64,000 bases of DNA from Gammaproteobacteria bacterium (GCA_963662545.2 CAXXLL010000003.1:2432001-2496000), one strand, 5' to 3'; shown: positions 53,447-63,201, counted from the first letter of the stretch. Program-made: numbers and translations. The notes: generated from the letters alone by a model not told the origin.

Positions 53447-54682
53447 TAGATGATCGTAGTCCTCGAGGGCGATCGAATTCGCCGCCTTCTGGATGAGGTC
53501 ACCGATTGAACCTTCGGGCGGCGCGTCCGGCGGCGCGTCGCGCATCGCCCGCAGCGCCGCATTCTGCTCTTCGATTTCTTCCCACGTTTGCGGTAGCTGC
53601 ACTTCCTTGGCCTTCAACGCGATTTCCTGGTTCTGCCGCATGTAAGCCCGACACAGTTGTTCGTAACGGACGTAGGCCGCGCGATAGTCGCCTGCGGCGG
53701 CTGCCAGTTCGCCTGCAAGGACATATGCGCCGACGAACGCCATGCTCGTACCCTGCCCCGTGATCAGGGTCGGAGCGTAACCCGCATCACCCACGAGTGC
53801 GATCCGGCCCTTCGACCAGGCATCCATGCGGATTTGACTGGCGTCGTCGAAATAGAAGTCTGGCGCGTGCCGCATCTCCGCCATCAACCGTGGGAAGTGC
53901 CACCCGGCTTCCGACGCGTACGTTTTCGCGACGATAGCCATTTGCTCTTCAATGTCGTGATGGTCGTAGTCAATTTTCGGGCAGGAAAATATGATCAAGG
54001 CGCGAGTGTGTTTACCGGTTCCGTACTGCATGACGGCGGCCATCTTTTTCGGCACGTAATGCATCAACCAGACACGGTCGAGATTGAGAAAGTTCGGGAT
54101 CGTGAAAACCGCTACATGCTGGCCCAGGTAATGACTGAATTGTGCTTCTTCGCCGAAGCACAATGCTCGGACGTTGGAATGTGAGCCGTCCGCGCCGATC
54201 ACGAGATCAAATCTTCGCGTGGCGCCGTACTCGAAGCCGACCTCTACCCCATCGTCACGCTCGCACAGCGACGTAATCGAATCACCGAAAATATAGTCGA
54301 CCTTATCTTTCGTGGCCGCGTAAAGGATCTGGGCCAGATCGTCACGCAGCAGTTCAACGTCACCGGCCTCGCCACCACCCGCTCCAAAGTTCGCGTCTAT
54401 ACTCGCCAGCGTTTCGTCATCGCCGCCGACAAACAAGATTTCGCGCAGGTCCGTGCCCGCACTGCGTACATCGGCGATGATGCCCATGCGTTCAGCGACG
54501 TCAACGGCGGCACCACGTAGATCGATCGCGTAGCCGCCGGTACGCAGCGCGGGGGATCGCTCCACTACGGTGGGCTTAAATCCGTATCGTTCTAACCAAT
54601 AAGCGAGACAGGGGCCGGCCGCGCTCGCACCGGAAATAAGGACAGTCATGGGCTCCTGTTGATGGCCGTTCTTCTTGTTCAT
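53444..54682 (-). CDS. FAD-dependent (class A) monooxygenase
   Basis: GASAAG, GADG.HS, DFYFD, GRIALVGDAG..P..TGQG. Confidence 0.9.
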   Translation of the reverse strand: MNKKNGHQQEPMTVLISGASAAGPCLAYWLERYGFKPTVVERSPALRTGGYAIDLRGAAVDVAERMGIIADVRSAGTDLREILFVGGDDETLASIDANFGAGGGEAGDVELLRDDLAQILYAATKDKVDYIFGDSITSLCERDDGVEVGFEYGATRRFDLVIGADGSHSNVRALCFGEEAQFSHYLGQHVAVFTIPNFLNLDRVWLMHYVPKKMAAVMQYGTGKHTRALIIFSCPKIDYDHHDIEEQMAIVAKTYASEAGWHFPRLMAEMRHAPDFYFDDASQIRMDAWSKGRIALVGDAGYAPTLITGQGTSMAFVGAYVLAGELAAAAGDYRAAYVRYEQLCRAYMRQNQEIALKAKEVQLPQTWEEIEEQNAALRAMRDAPPDAPPEGSIGDLIQKAANSIALEDYDHL

Positions 54683-54728
54683 GAGGCGCTCCTTCGTCCT
54701 GGAATTGTTGTTGGTCCAAAATACTAAT

Positions 54729-54777
54729 TAGAAGCAGTCTCAAAATTATACGGGGCCGTGTTGCGTCCTGAAATCGG
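54729..54777. repeat. 49-bp inverted repeat (MITE-end-like), right of the monooxygenase
   Basis: TAGAAGCAGTCTCAAAATTATACGG... Confidence 0.85.
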
Positions 54778-54784
54778 TGATGGC

Positions 54785-55379
54785 TCTGTCGGGCAAAGTT
54801 GGCGATAGGTCTGCTGCTGCTGGCGGCTGCAGGCGCTGCCGTGGAAGACCAGACCACTTCGGCCGGTCCGGACAGCAGGTCGGCAATCGCCGCATTCGAA
54901 ACCGCGTTGGCGGCGCTGGAACGCGACGGCGGCGCGCAGGATCCCGGGCTGACCGAGCTGCTGATCGGTCTGGCCAGGAGCTACGAAGGGGCACGTCGGG
55001 AGAGCGAGGCGTTGCAGGCGTACCGGCGTGCCTGGCATGTCCAGCGCATCAACGTCGGCCTGCACAACCTGCAGCAGGAACCACTCGTCGATGCGATCAT
55101 CACGCTCGAGGCCAGGCGCCACAACTGGGAAGCCGTGGCGGACAGCCATGACTACCTGCTGTGGCTTTACCGCCGCAACTACAGCGACCACGATCCGCGC
55201 TGGCTGCCTGCGGCGAAACGGCTGCGCCGCTGGCACCTCGACGCCTACCGATTACCCACCGGCCGTGAGTTCAGCGACCACCTGGATGCGCAGATCTGGT
55301 TGTACCGAAAAGCCATCGACATCATCGAGACGCACACCGGTGATCGCAGACTCGCGCAGTGTTTCTGGGATGAACGTTG
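54785..55379 (+). repeat. 595-bp direct duplicate of 49584-50178 (ORF 54799-55443)
   Basis: Near-identical; at least 3 substitutions seen. Confidence 0.9.
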
Positions 55380-56007
55380 CGCTTTTCCAGAAACCCTTCC
55401 AGATCGAAACCTGCGTAATTCCAATGAACCTCCCGGGCTTTAACCACTGAGCCCCAATATCCTTTCAACCCACGGATGCCAGGCCGCGCCACAGACAGCC
55501 GCGGACGCGCTCGATTTGAACACGCCGATCTCAAGTCAACGACGCATCTCCACCCAACGGACTCGTCATTCCACCTCCGCCTGACCCACGACAATCTCGC
55601 TTCCAGCTTCGTCCCAGGCCTTCGCTTCACAACTGATTAATCGACACATGGGCTTTGTTTTTCTTATACGTCCCGTCACCCGAGCGGCATACTTTTCTGC
55701 ACGTTCAATGTTGGAATGCGTATCGTAACGTTAAACAACGATTTGGCATGGTGACCCTGCCCGGAATTCCTGGTCCAGATCTAAAGTGATAAAAAGATGA
55801 AAAGAGGTGTCAACGGCGGAGCAAAATTAGTCCACCCGGGCGGAGCAAAACCAGTCCACTTAACGTTATGCGGTACGCAGTGTTGGGGGGTTGTCCCGGT
55901 AGTCCATAGGAGGGACCCGCGCTGCTTCGTGTAGCGCTTGCGTTACGCGGAGCGAAGCAGCGTGGGAGGTTCCTGTGGACCCACCGGGTCAACCTTGAGT
56001 TCGGTGG

Positions 56008-56777
56008 TCAAGCAGGCGTATTTGGGGATTTCCGCCGTTTTTGGCTTTGGTTGAGACGATAGCTCTCGCCGTTCATTTCCAGGATATGGACAGGGTGGGT
56101 CAGGCGGTCCAGCAAAGCCCCGGTCAGACGTTCCGAGCCGAATATCTCCGTCCACTCATCGAACGGCAAGTTGGAGGTCACCATGATCGAGCCCCGCCCG
56201 TAGCGCTGGCTGAAGACTTCGAACAGCAGCTCGGCGCCGGTCTTCGAGAGCGGCACGAAGCCGAGTTCGTCGATGATCAGAAGGTGATACTTTGCCAGTT
56301 GCTTCTGCAGGCGCAACAGGCGTTTTTCATCCCTGGCCTCCATCAGTTCATGAACCAGGGCGGCGGCCGTGATGAAGCCGACGGAGAGCCCCTTTTGGCA
56401 GGCCGCCAGACCGAGACCGAGGGCGATATGGGTCTTGCCGGTTCCGCTGTTGCCGAGCGCGATGATATTCTCACGACGCTCTACGTATTCGCATCGCGCC
56501 AACTCCAGAACCAGCATCTTGTTGAGCGAGGCGATGGCCTTGAAGTCGAAGCTGTCGAGGCTTTTGACGGCGGGGAACCTGGCCTGTCTGCTCCGCCGCT
56601 CGACCATGCGGCGCTCACGGTCGATCAGTTCCAACCCGGTCAGACGGACAAGATACCGCACAGGGTCGGCGCCCCGGTGGCGCATTGGCGGGCCAGCTTG
56701 TCGTATTCGCGCAGGAACGTCGGCAGTTTCAGGGTCTTGAGGTGATGGGCCAGCAACACTTGCGGCGTATCGGTCAT
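56008..56777 (-). pseudogene. istB: IS21 helper ATPase, frameshifted near 56675
   Basis: MTDTPQVLLAHHLKTLKLP in one frame; GNSGTGKT, LIIDELG, LLDRL in another. Confidence 0.85.
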
Positions 56778-58273
56778 GACGCGCCTCCACCCAACAAGCT
56801 CATATAACTGGCGGCGGCCGTGGTCGCCACGTTGGCCCGAGGCAGGTAGGGATAGATATCCAGGTCGAGTTTGGGCGGGCGTCGCTCGATACGGCACAGC
56901 ACAAGGTGTTTGACGGCGTCGTAGCCGATCGCGCCCAGGCGCAGGGCGTCCTTCACCGCGCCGTGAAGCACCTCGAGATCGAAGGTCTCCAGAAGCCGAA
57001 GGACCTGGACGTATTCCCGCTTGCCGGCCTTGCCCATGCGCGCCTCCAGGAGACGGCGCAGGGTTGGGAAGGCATCAGGCAGTTCCCATCCGGCTAGCGG
57101 CGCGGCCTGATCCAGGGCACCGATCCTGTGCTCCAGCAAAGGCAGGTAGTGGATCGGATCGAAGACCCTATCTTCCCGGTCGCAGGAACGGGGGTGTCGG
57201 GCAATGATCCCGGCGCCGCAACCGATAACCACCTCGTGGACATAGCCACGGATCCAGACTTCCTGATGGCCGTAGGCGACGGGCACGGAATAGTCATTCG
57301 TCCGGTAGCGCACCAGGGACAGCGAGTTGACCCGCGTGCCCTGCCTGTCGCACGCGTCGAACGGTGCCGGCAGTGGCCTCTTCAACGCTTCGCGGTCACG
57401 CACAAACCGTTCGCCGATGCTCTCGCGGTGGCCGCGCAGGACGTCGTCTTGCCGTTTGCGGCATTGTTCCTCCAGGTAAGCGTTGAAGGCGTCCCAGCTC
57501 GCGAACCGGGGAAGCGGCGTCATGAAGTTCCGTCGGGCGTAGCCAACCACCCCCTCAACATTGCCTTTGTCGTTGCCCTTGCCGGGACGGCCGTAACGGT
57601 CCTCGAAGAGGTAATGGGACTGCAGTCCGCTGAACGCTCGCGTTCGTTGTCGCGTGCCATCCGGCAAGATGCGCGACACCAGGCACTTGTCGTTGTCGTA
57701 GAGAATCGATCGGGGAACACCGCCGAAGAAGGCGAAGGTTCTGTTGTGCCCGTCCAGCCAGGCCTCCGTCGTCGCTGACGGGTAGGCCGCAACGAAGCAG
57801 GCATCGCTGTGGGGAAGTGTCATGACGAAAAAATGCGCCCGATACCTGACGCCGGCGATGATCGCATCCGCCTCGCCAAAGTCCGCTTGAGCATGGCCCG
57901 GAGGATGTGACAACGGCACAAACATCTCACGCCGACGAAGGCGCCGTTCCCGAACGTAATCCTTCACGATGGTCTCTTTGCCCGTGAAGCCATGTTCGTC
58001 GCGAAGGCGCTCGAATATACGCTTCGCCGTGTGGTGCTGCTTACGGTGAACCGTTCGGTCCTCCTCCAGAATACGGTCGATGATATCCGTGAAGGGGGCC
58101 CGTTTCGGGCGTTTCGGTGGCTGGCGTCGCCGATATCCCGGCGGTTCCGAATGCCGCAGCATCTTCCTCACCGTCTCGCGCGCAATGCCAAACCGACTTG
58201 CCGCCTCTCGCTGGCTCAGACCATCAACATGGCAGGCCAGCCGAACGCGCAGATATAGGTCCACGGTGTACAT
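56774..58273 (-). CDS. istA: IS21 transposase
   Basis: HTH, AQADFG, LYDN, KGNVE. Confidence 0.95.
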   Translation of the reverse strand: MYTVDLYLRVRLACHVDGLSQREAASRFGIARETVRKMLRHSEPPGYRRRQPPKRPKRAPFTDIIDRILEEDRTVHRKQHHTAKRIFERLRDEHGFTGKETIVKDYVRERRLRRREMFVPLSHPPGHAQADFGEADAIIAGVRYRAHFFVMTLPHSDACFVAAYPSATTEAWLDGHNRTFAFFGGVPRSILYDNDKCLVSRILPDGTRQRTRAFSGLQSHYLFEDRYGRPGKGNDKGNVEGVVGYARRNFMTPLPRFASWDAFNAYLEEQCRKRQDDVLRGHRESIGERFVRDREALKRPLPAPFDACDRQGTRVNSLSLVRYRTNDYSVPVAYGHQEVWIRGYVHEVVIGCGAGIIARHPRSCDREDRVFDPIHYLPLLEHRIGALDQAAPLAGWELPDAFPTLRRLLEARMGKAGKREYVQVLRLLETFDLEVLHGAVKDALRLGAIGYDAVKHLVLCRIERRPPKLDLDIYPYLPRANVATTAAASYMSLLGGGAS

Positions 58274-58387
58274 CCTCCCGCCTTCCATCTCAAAAAAGAT
58301 CGAAGGCTACAGGTGGCAGAGTTTTACTCCGCCCGCGGCTGGGAAATCCCGCCGCTTCCGTGGACTAATTTGTCACCGCCGTTCTCA

Positions 58388-59277
58388 CTCGCGAACCGGG
58401 GAAGCGGCGTCATGAAGTTCCGTCGGGCGTAGCCAACCACCCCCTCAACATTGCCTTTGTCGTTGCCCTTGCCGGGACGGCCGTAACGGTCCTCGAAGAG
58501 GTAATGGGACTGCAGTCCGCTGAACGCTCGCGTTCGTTGTCGCGTGCCATCCGGCAAGATGCGCGACACCAGGCACTTGTCGTTGTCGTAGAGAATCGAT
58601 CGGGGAACACCGCCGAAGAAGGCGAAGGTTCTGTTGTGCCCGTCCAGCCAGGCCTCCGTCGTCGCTGACGGGTAGGCCGCAACGAAGCAGGCATCGCTGT
58701 GGGGAAGTGTCATGACGAAAAAATGCGCCCGATACTTGACGCCGGCGATGATCGCATCCGCCTCGCCAAAGTCCGCTTGAGCATGGCCCGGAGGATGTGA
58801 CAACGGCACAAACATCTCACGCCGACGAAGGCGCCGTTCCCGAACGTAATCCTTCACGATGGTCTCTTTGCCCGTGAAGCCATGTTCGTCGCGAAGGCGC
58901 TCGAATATACGCTTCGCCGTGTGGTGCTGCTTACGGTGAACCGTTCGGTCCTCCTCCAGAATACGGTCGATGATATCCGTGAAGGGGGCCAGTTTCGGGC
59001 GTTTCGGTGGCTGGCGTCGCCGATATCCCGGCGGTTCCGAATGCCGCAGCATCTTCCTCACCGTCTCGCGCGCAATGCCAAACCGACTTGCCGCCTCTCG
59101 CTGGCTCAGACCATCAACATGGCAGGCCAGCCGAACGCGCAGATATAGGTCCACGGTGTACATCCTCCCGCCTTCCATCTCAAAAAAGATCGAAGGCTAC
59201 AGGTGGCAGAGTTTTACTCCGCCCGCGGCTGGGAAATCCCGCCGCTTCCGTGGACTAATTTGTCACCGCCGTTCTCA
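58388..59277 (-). mobile_element. istA: Partial second IS21 copy (890 bp, duplicate of 57498-58387)
   Basis: Tandem copy ending at the same terminal IR; 2 substitutions seen. Confidence 0.9.
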
Positions 59278-59438
59278 GAAACCGGCGCCTGTGTGGAATT
59301 GTATAAGTGCACCCGTCCATCTGCGTCCCCGATGATGTTTCGGTCTAACCAATTCCATGACCACATCCCGGCTCCGATCAACAACAGCCAATAGATGAGA
59401 GACCCCAAAGTCGTGCTCTGCTGATTCGTGGTCGCCAT
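59278..59438 (-). pseudogene. Small membrane protein truncated by IS21
   Basis: ORF with a TM segment runs into the IS21 end. Confidence 0.45.
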
Positions 59439-59584
59439 ACCGCAGGCCCATCGTAATCTACCTGTTCCGGTATCGGTCTATTTCGGCGCTACTTGAGGCG
59501 GGCGGGGGGAAACGGGTTAGTTTAGTTATTCTTTATACCTTAGCTTCGAGAGAAGGATTAAACCAGACCCCACATAAATGCAGA

Positions 59585-59650
59585 TGGCGAAAGAGGCGGG
59601 AGTCGAACCCGCCAGACACACCTTCGTGCGTCTCACCGGATTTGAAGTCC
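59585..59650 (-). pseudogene. selC: 3' two-thirds of a tRNA-Sec gene (att-like fragment)
   Basis: GGA-CTTCAAA-TCC (UCA anticodon), long variable arm, GGGTTCGACTCCC, GCCA end; D-arm absent. Confidence 0.8.
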
Positions 59651-59821
59651 TCGTCTTTCGATAAACCGCAACGATCTACAACACCTCACAGCAAATCATT
59701 CAGTGACTTAATTCGCAATCGTTGTCGCCTTTCGTTGTCAGTATTTGTGACCGTTTGTATTCAAGTGTCCCATGAGTGTCCCACGGCTACCACGCGGATT
59801 CGGCACACCCCCTCCCCCTAC

Positions 59822-60591
59822 AGCGACGAGGCTTTTGCCCCAGTTGCGGTGCTTAGGCAACATGGCTGAGAGTGCGGCGCTGCTGGTGGACGAGGTCTTT
59901 CCCGAACAGCCAGTACGTCAATGGGTGCTGAGCTTTCCGTATCCATTGCGTTTTTTGTTTGCCAGCCGTCCAGCAATCATGGGCCACGTGCTCGGCATCG
60001 TTTACCGCTGCATTGCCACGCACTTGACTAGTAAGGCGGGGTATTCCTGCACAGTAGCCCGCACTGGCGCGGTCACGTTGATCCAGCGGTTCGGAAGTGC
60101 GTTGAACCTCAATCTTCATTTTCACATGCTCTTTCTTGATGGTGTCTACGTTGATAGCGCAACTGGATCGAGCACCCGATTTCGCTGGGTGAAGGCGCCG
60201 ACGGGTGCTGAGCTGACCCGCCTGACGCACACCATCGCTCAGCGCGTCGGGCGCTTGGATGCGCGCCATCCTTGGCGCGCCCCCTTCGGGCGCACTGCGT
60301 GCGTCCAAATTCACTCCAGGTGAATTTGTCTGGAACGCCAGGGGCTGCTGGTACGTGATGCCGAGAACAGCTATCTGTGCGCGGAGGCCATGGACGTGGG
60401 GTCGTTCGATGAACTCCTGGGTCACTCGATCACGTATCGCATCGCGGTGGGCCCGCACGCCGGCCGTAAGTTGTTCACCCTACAGACACTGCCGGACTGC
60501 AATGACCCGTTCGTTGACCAGGTGGGCAAGGTGGCCGGCTTCTCGCTGCATGCTGGTGTCGCAGCGAGGGCGGACGAACGCAAGAAGTTAG
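59822..60591 (+). mobile_element. ISCR/IS91-family transposase remnant
   Basis: RGFCPSCG, MAESAALLVD, RQWVLS.P, QRFGSALNLNLHFHML, GFSLHAG. Confidence 0.9.
60258..60329 (+). repeat. Four-hairpin element, copy C (72 nt)
   Basis: Removal restores QRVGR(L)LERQGLLVRD in frame. Confidence 0.85.
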
Positions 60592-60892
60592 CGTGTTGTT
60601 CGAGATAGGTCCGGATGACTTCGGGGATCTCCCTGCCACCATTCGATGATTCACCTTCTATCGCCGCCGCGAATTCCTGTTGTACGGCTGGGGGTTCCTC
60701 GCCATCTATCGGGGCCACCGGTACCTGTTTGGCGAGTTCACCCAACGTCGGCTCCTCAGCATATTTCGTTTTGAGCGCGATATAGAGGTTCCAACACACA
60801 AAGAAAATCGCCGAAGCTATACCGAGTAAAGGAATCACAATAAACAGCGCAGGCCAAAGATTCATATCCCAGGTTGCCATGAATGATCGCAT
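60592..60892 (-). pseudogene. Membrane protein truncated by the ISCR remnant
   Basis: TM segment; ORF runs into the antisense strand of the transposase. Confidence 0.4.
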
Positions 60893-60931
60893 CAGTGTGA
60901 TTTCGGATACCGCATCGAAAAGGTGAGATAT

Positions 60932-60972
60932 AAGGTGACGGAGGGATTAAACTTTAATCCCTCCGTCACCTT
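60932..60972. repeat. REP-like palindrome, copy 3
   Basis: Same AAGGTGACGGAGGGATTAA arms as 28640 and 29358. Confidence 0.85.
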
Positions 60973-61229
60973 TATGCGCCGCAACGCATGCAGTAGTTGC
61001 CGAGGGTCGCCGTCGTGCCACCGGCCGGAACCGTCGAAAAATTGCCCTGAAGTGCCGGATCTCTCCGGGCTCAAGCGCGCATTTCAGGCCCGCACCGCGT
61101 CGAAACGCCGGTTGACGACAGTTTGATGGTATGACGATACTCAATGGCATCGCGGGAAAGGGCATTTGTTCGTCTTGTACTCACCCATACGCCTATAATA
61201 AAAGTTACACATTGCTGAGGAGGATGTGA

Positions 61230-61876
61230 GTGGCCACCTCGACCTACCCCAGGCGCTGGCTTTCGCCTGCGCTCCTCGCGATGTCTGCATTGGTCCTCCA
61301 CGCTGGAATCGTGCCCGACAGTCGGGCCGCGCCACTGGAAATGACGCCGATGTCGCTCAACTACTCCTTTGGCACTCCGGTGCTCGGTTTGTTGACGGTC
61401 GAGCTGATTGCCGGCGACACCTTGCCGGCGACACCTTACCCGCGCCCGAGGTTACGCTGCGCCACAGCGTCACGAACCCCATCTTCGGGACGTCCGGCGT
61501 CAGGTTTGTGTACGACTTCGACGTGGACGTGACCGGCGTCAGTGCATTCCTCGTCCAAGATCCCGATCTGCATCCGCTGACCGGAACCATCCTGAATGCC
61601 CCGCCCTAGATAAACATCGATGACGACGCGGTGTTCGATTTCAGCTGCGCGAATCTAGCGGGCCTAACTTGCATCATGGACCTGACCATCGAACTCGCCG
61701 GGACTCCGATCTCGGCCTCGATAGGGCGGGACGGCGTTGGTGGCAATAACTGGGTACCCACGCCGCAGCTCGTCACGTTTGCAGTCGTGCCACTGCCGGG
61801 CGCGCTGCTGCTGTTCGCGTCCGCCATGGGTGTGACGGCGCTGCGCGCGACGGCGTCTCGCGGTCGCCAGACGTAA
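61230..61876 (+). pseudogene. VPLPA-CTERM (exosortase target) protein pseudogene
   Basis: Signal peptide; 14-bp tandem duplication 61408-61435; TAG at 61607; C-terminal VPLPGALLLFASAMG plus basic tail. Confidence 0.7.
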
Positions 61877-62008
61877 TATCGCTCTTCAACAGCTAAAGGT
61901 GTCAGGTTCTGAGTAATCCCCACGAAAAGTTGATCAAAAACAGAAGCTTGCAGTGATTAGGGAACATGCATAGCGCCGACTGATCAGACGCGTTCTCTCC
62001 GCGGCTCT

Positions 62009-62860
62009 TCAGGAGGCCGCGGCCGCTGTCGCCGTTCGGGCGTGGCGGTTGAAGAAGTCGATGACAACTCGATTGTGCTCCACGGTTCCATCGAAGATCG
62101 TCGAGTGTCCCGAGCCGGCGATGACGTGCTTTTCGGCGTTTTTGATTCCAGCGTAGACCGCCTCCTGGCCGGCACCCTCGGGTCCTTGATCCCACGGCGT
62201 CATGATGTCCTCGTCGCCACCGAGGATAAGGGCGGGGGAGCTTATCTTTGGAAGCCATCCCCGAAGGTCCATGTCGCCCATCGCCTGGCACGCTGCGGAG
62301 AAGACCTCAATCCTGTTTGAATCGCGGAGAATCTGCTGAATGAGATCCACGATCCCCTCGGCCTCCGGTGTTTCGAGGAAACGCTTCGACACCGCCTGCC
62401 AGGCGATCAGCTCCGCCAGCGTACGGCTCCCGGGGCCGTCCATGCGCGCGAGGTCGATCCAGTTGTTGAAAATCAGCCTCCCTGCCCGGCCAAGCTTGGC
62501 CGCGCCGCAGTTGATCACGACCGACGTCGTCCGGTCGGGGTACTTGCCGGCAAAGACGATCGCGATCATGCCGCCCATGGACGTGCCGTGGATATGAGCC
62601 TGCTCGATGTCGAGGGCGTCCATGAGTCCCGCCAGGTCGTCGGCCCAGACCTCCATGTCGTAATCCTGAATCGGCCGGTCTGACAGCCCGTAGCCACGCA
62701 TGTCGTAGTCAACGACTTTGAAGTGCTTCGAGATTTCGGGCGTCGCCGGGTCGAGGTTGAAGTGGCCGAAGCCTGCGCCGTGGATCTGCATCACGGGCTC
62801 CCCGTCGCCCGTAATTCGGTACCAGAGATTGACGCCGTTAACGAGAGCCTTGCTCTCCAT
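62009..62860 (-). CDS. Alpha/beta hydrolase
   Basis: IHGAG, YDMRGYG.S, GTSMGG, GDED, SGH. Confidence 0.9.
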   Translation of the reverse strand: MESKALVNGVNLWYRITGDGEPVMQIHGAGFGHFNLDPATPEISKHFKVVDYDMRGYGLSDRPIQDYDMEVWADDLAGLMDALDIEQAHIHGTSMGGMIAIVFAGKYPDRTTSVVINCGAAKLGRAGRLIFNNWIDLARMDGPGSRTLAELIAWQAVSKRFLETPEAEGIVDLIQQILRDSNRIEVFSAACQAMGDMDLRGWLPKISSPALILGGDEDIMTPWDQGPEGAGQEAVYAGIKNAEKHVIAGSGHSTIFDGTVEHNRVVIDFFNRHARTATAAAAS

Positions 62861-63201
62861 TGCTGCCTCCCTTTTCTCTCCGCCGCGAAGACGCGACTAT
62901 TCCACCGATGTCTGACATTTGCGAGGGTCGTCGTCTCGCCGGTCCGTGTCGCTCAGGCTCGTTTCGGTATGGTAATCTCGAACCGCCGAGCGTCGCGAAT
63001 GACTTCTCCATCGCCCATGGCCGCCACTAACTCGGCTATATTACGAACCAACACTTCAATACGCAAAACTTGTCTCGCCACGGGGTACGCGGAAGATCGA
63101 CAACGCCGAATGCATCGCGGTGATCTTGATCCAAATCCCGCCTACGAGTTGGCGCGCAAACCGGGCTGGGGTAAGATCACCGGAACGTCAATCCGCGAGG
63201 T

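Larger units (their letters stand above)
55808..58387 (-). mobile_element. IS21-family element
   Basis: TG...CA ends with repeated GGCGGAGCAAAA.AGTCCAC motifs; carries istA and istB. Confidence 0.9.

Noticed and set aside
58324-59178. Novel short IstA variant
   Set aside because: A truncated copy reading into the IS end sequence
59585-59680. Intact tRNA-Sec gene
   Set aside because: No D-arm, and the anticodon stem pairs for only 3 bp
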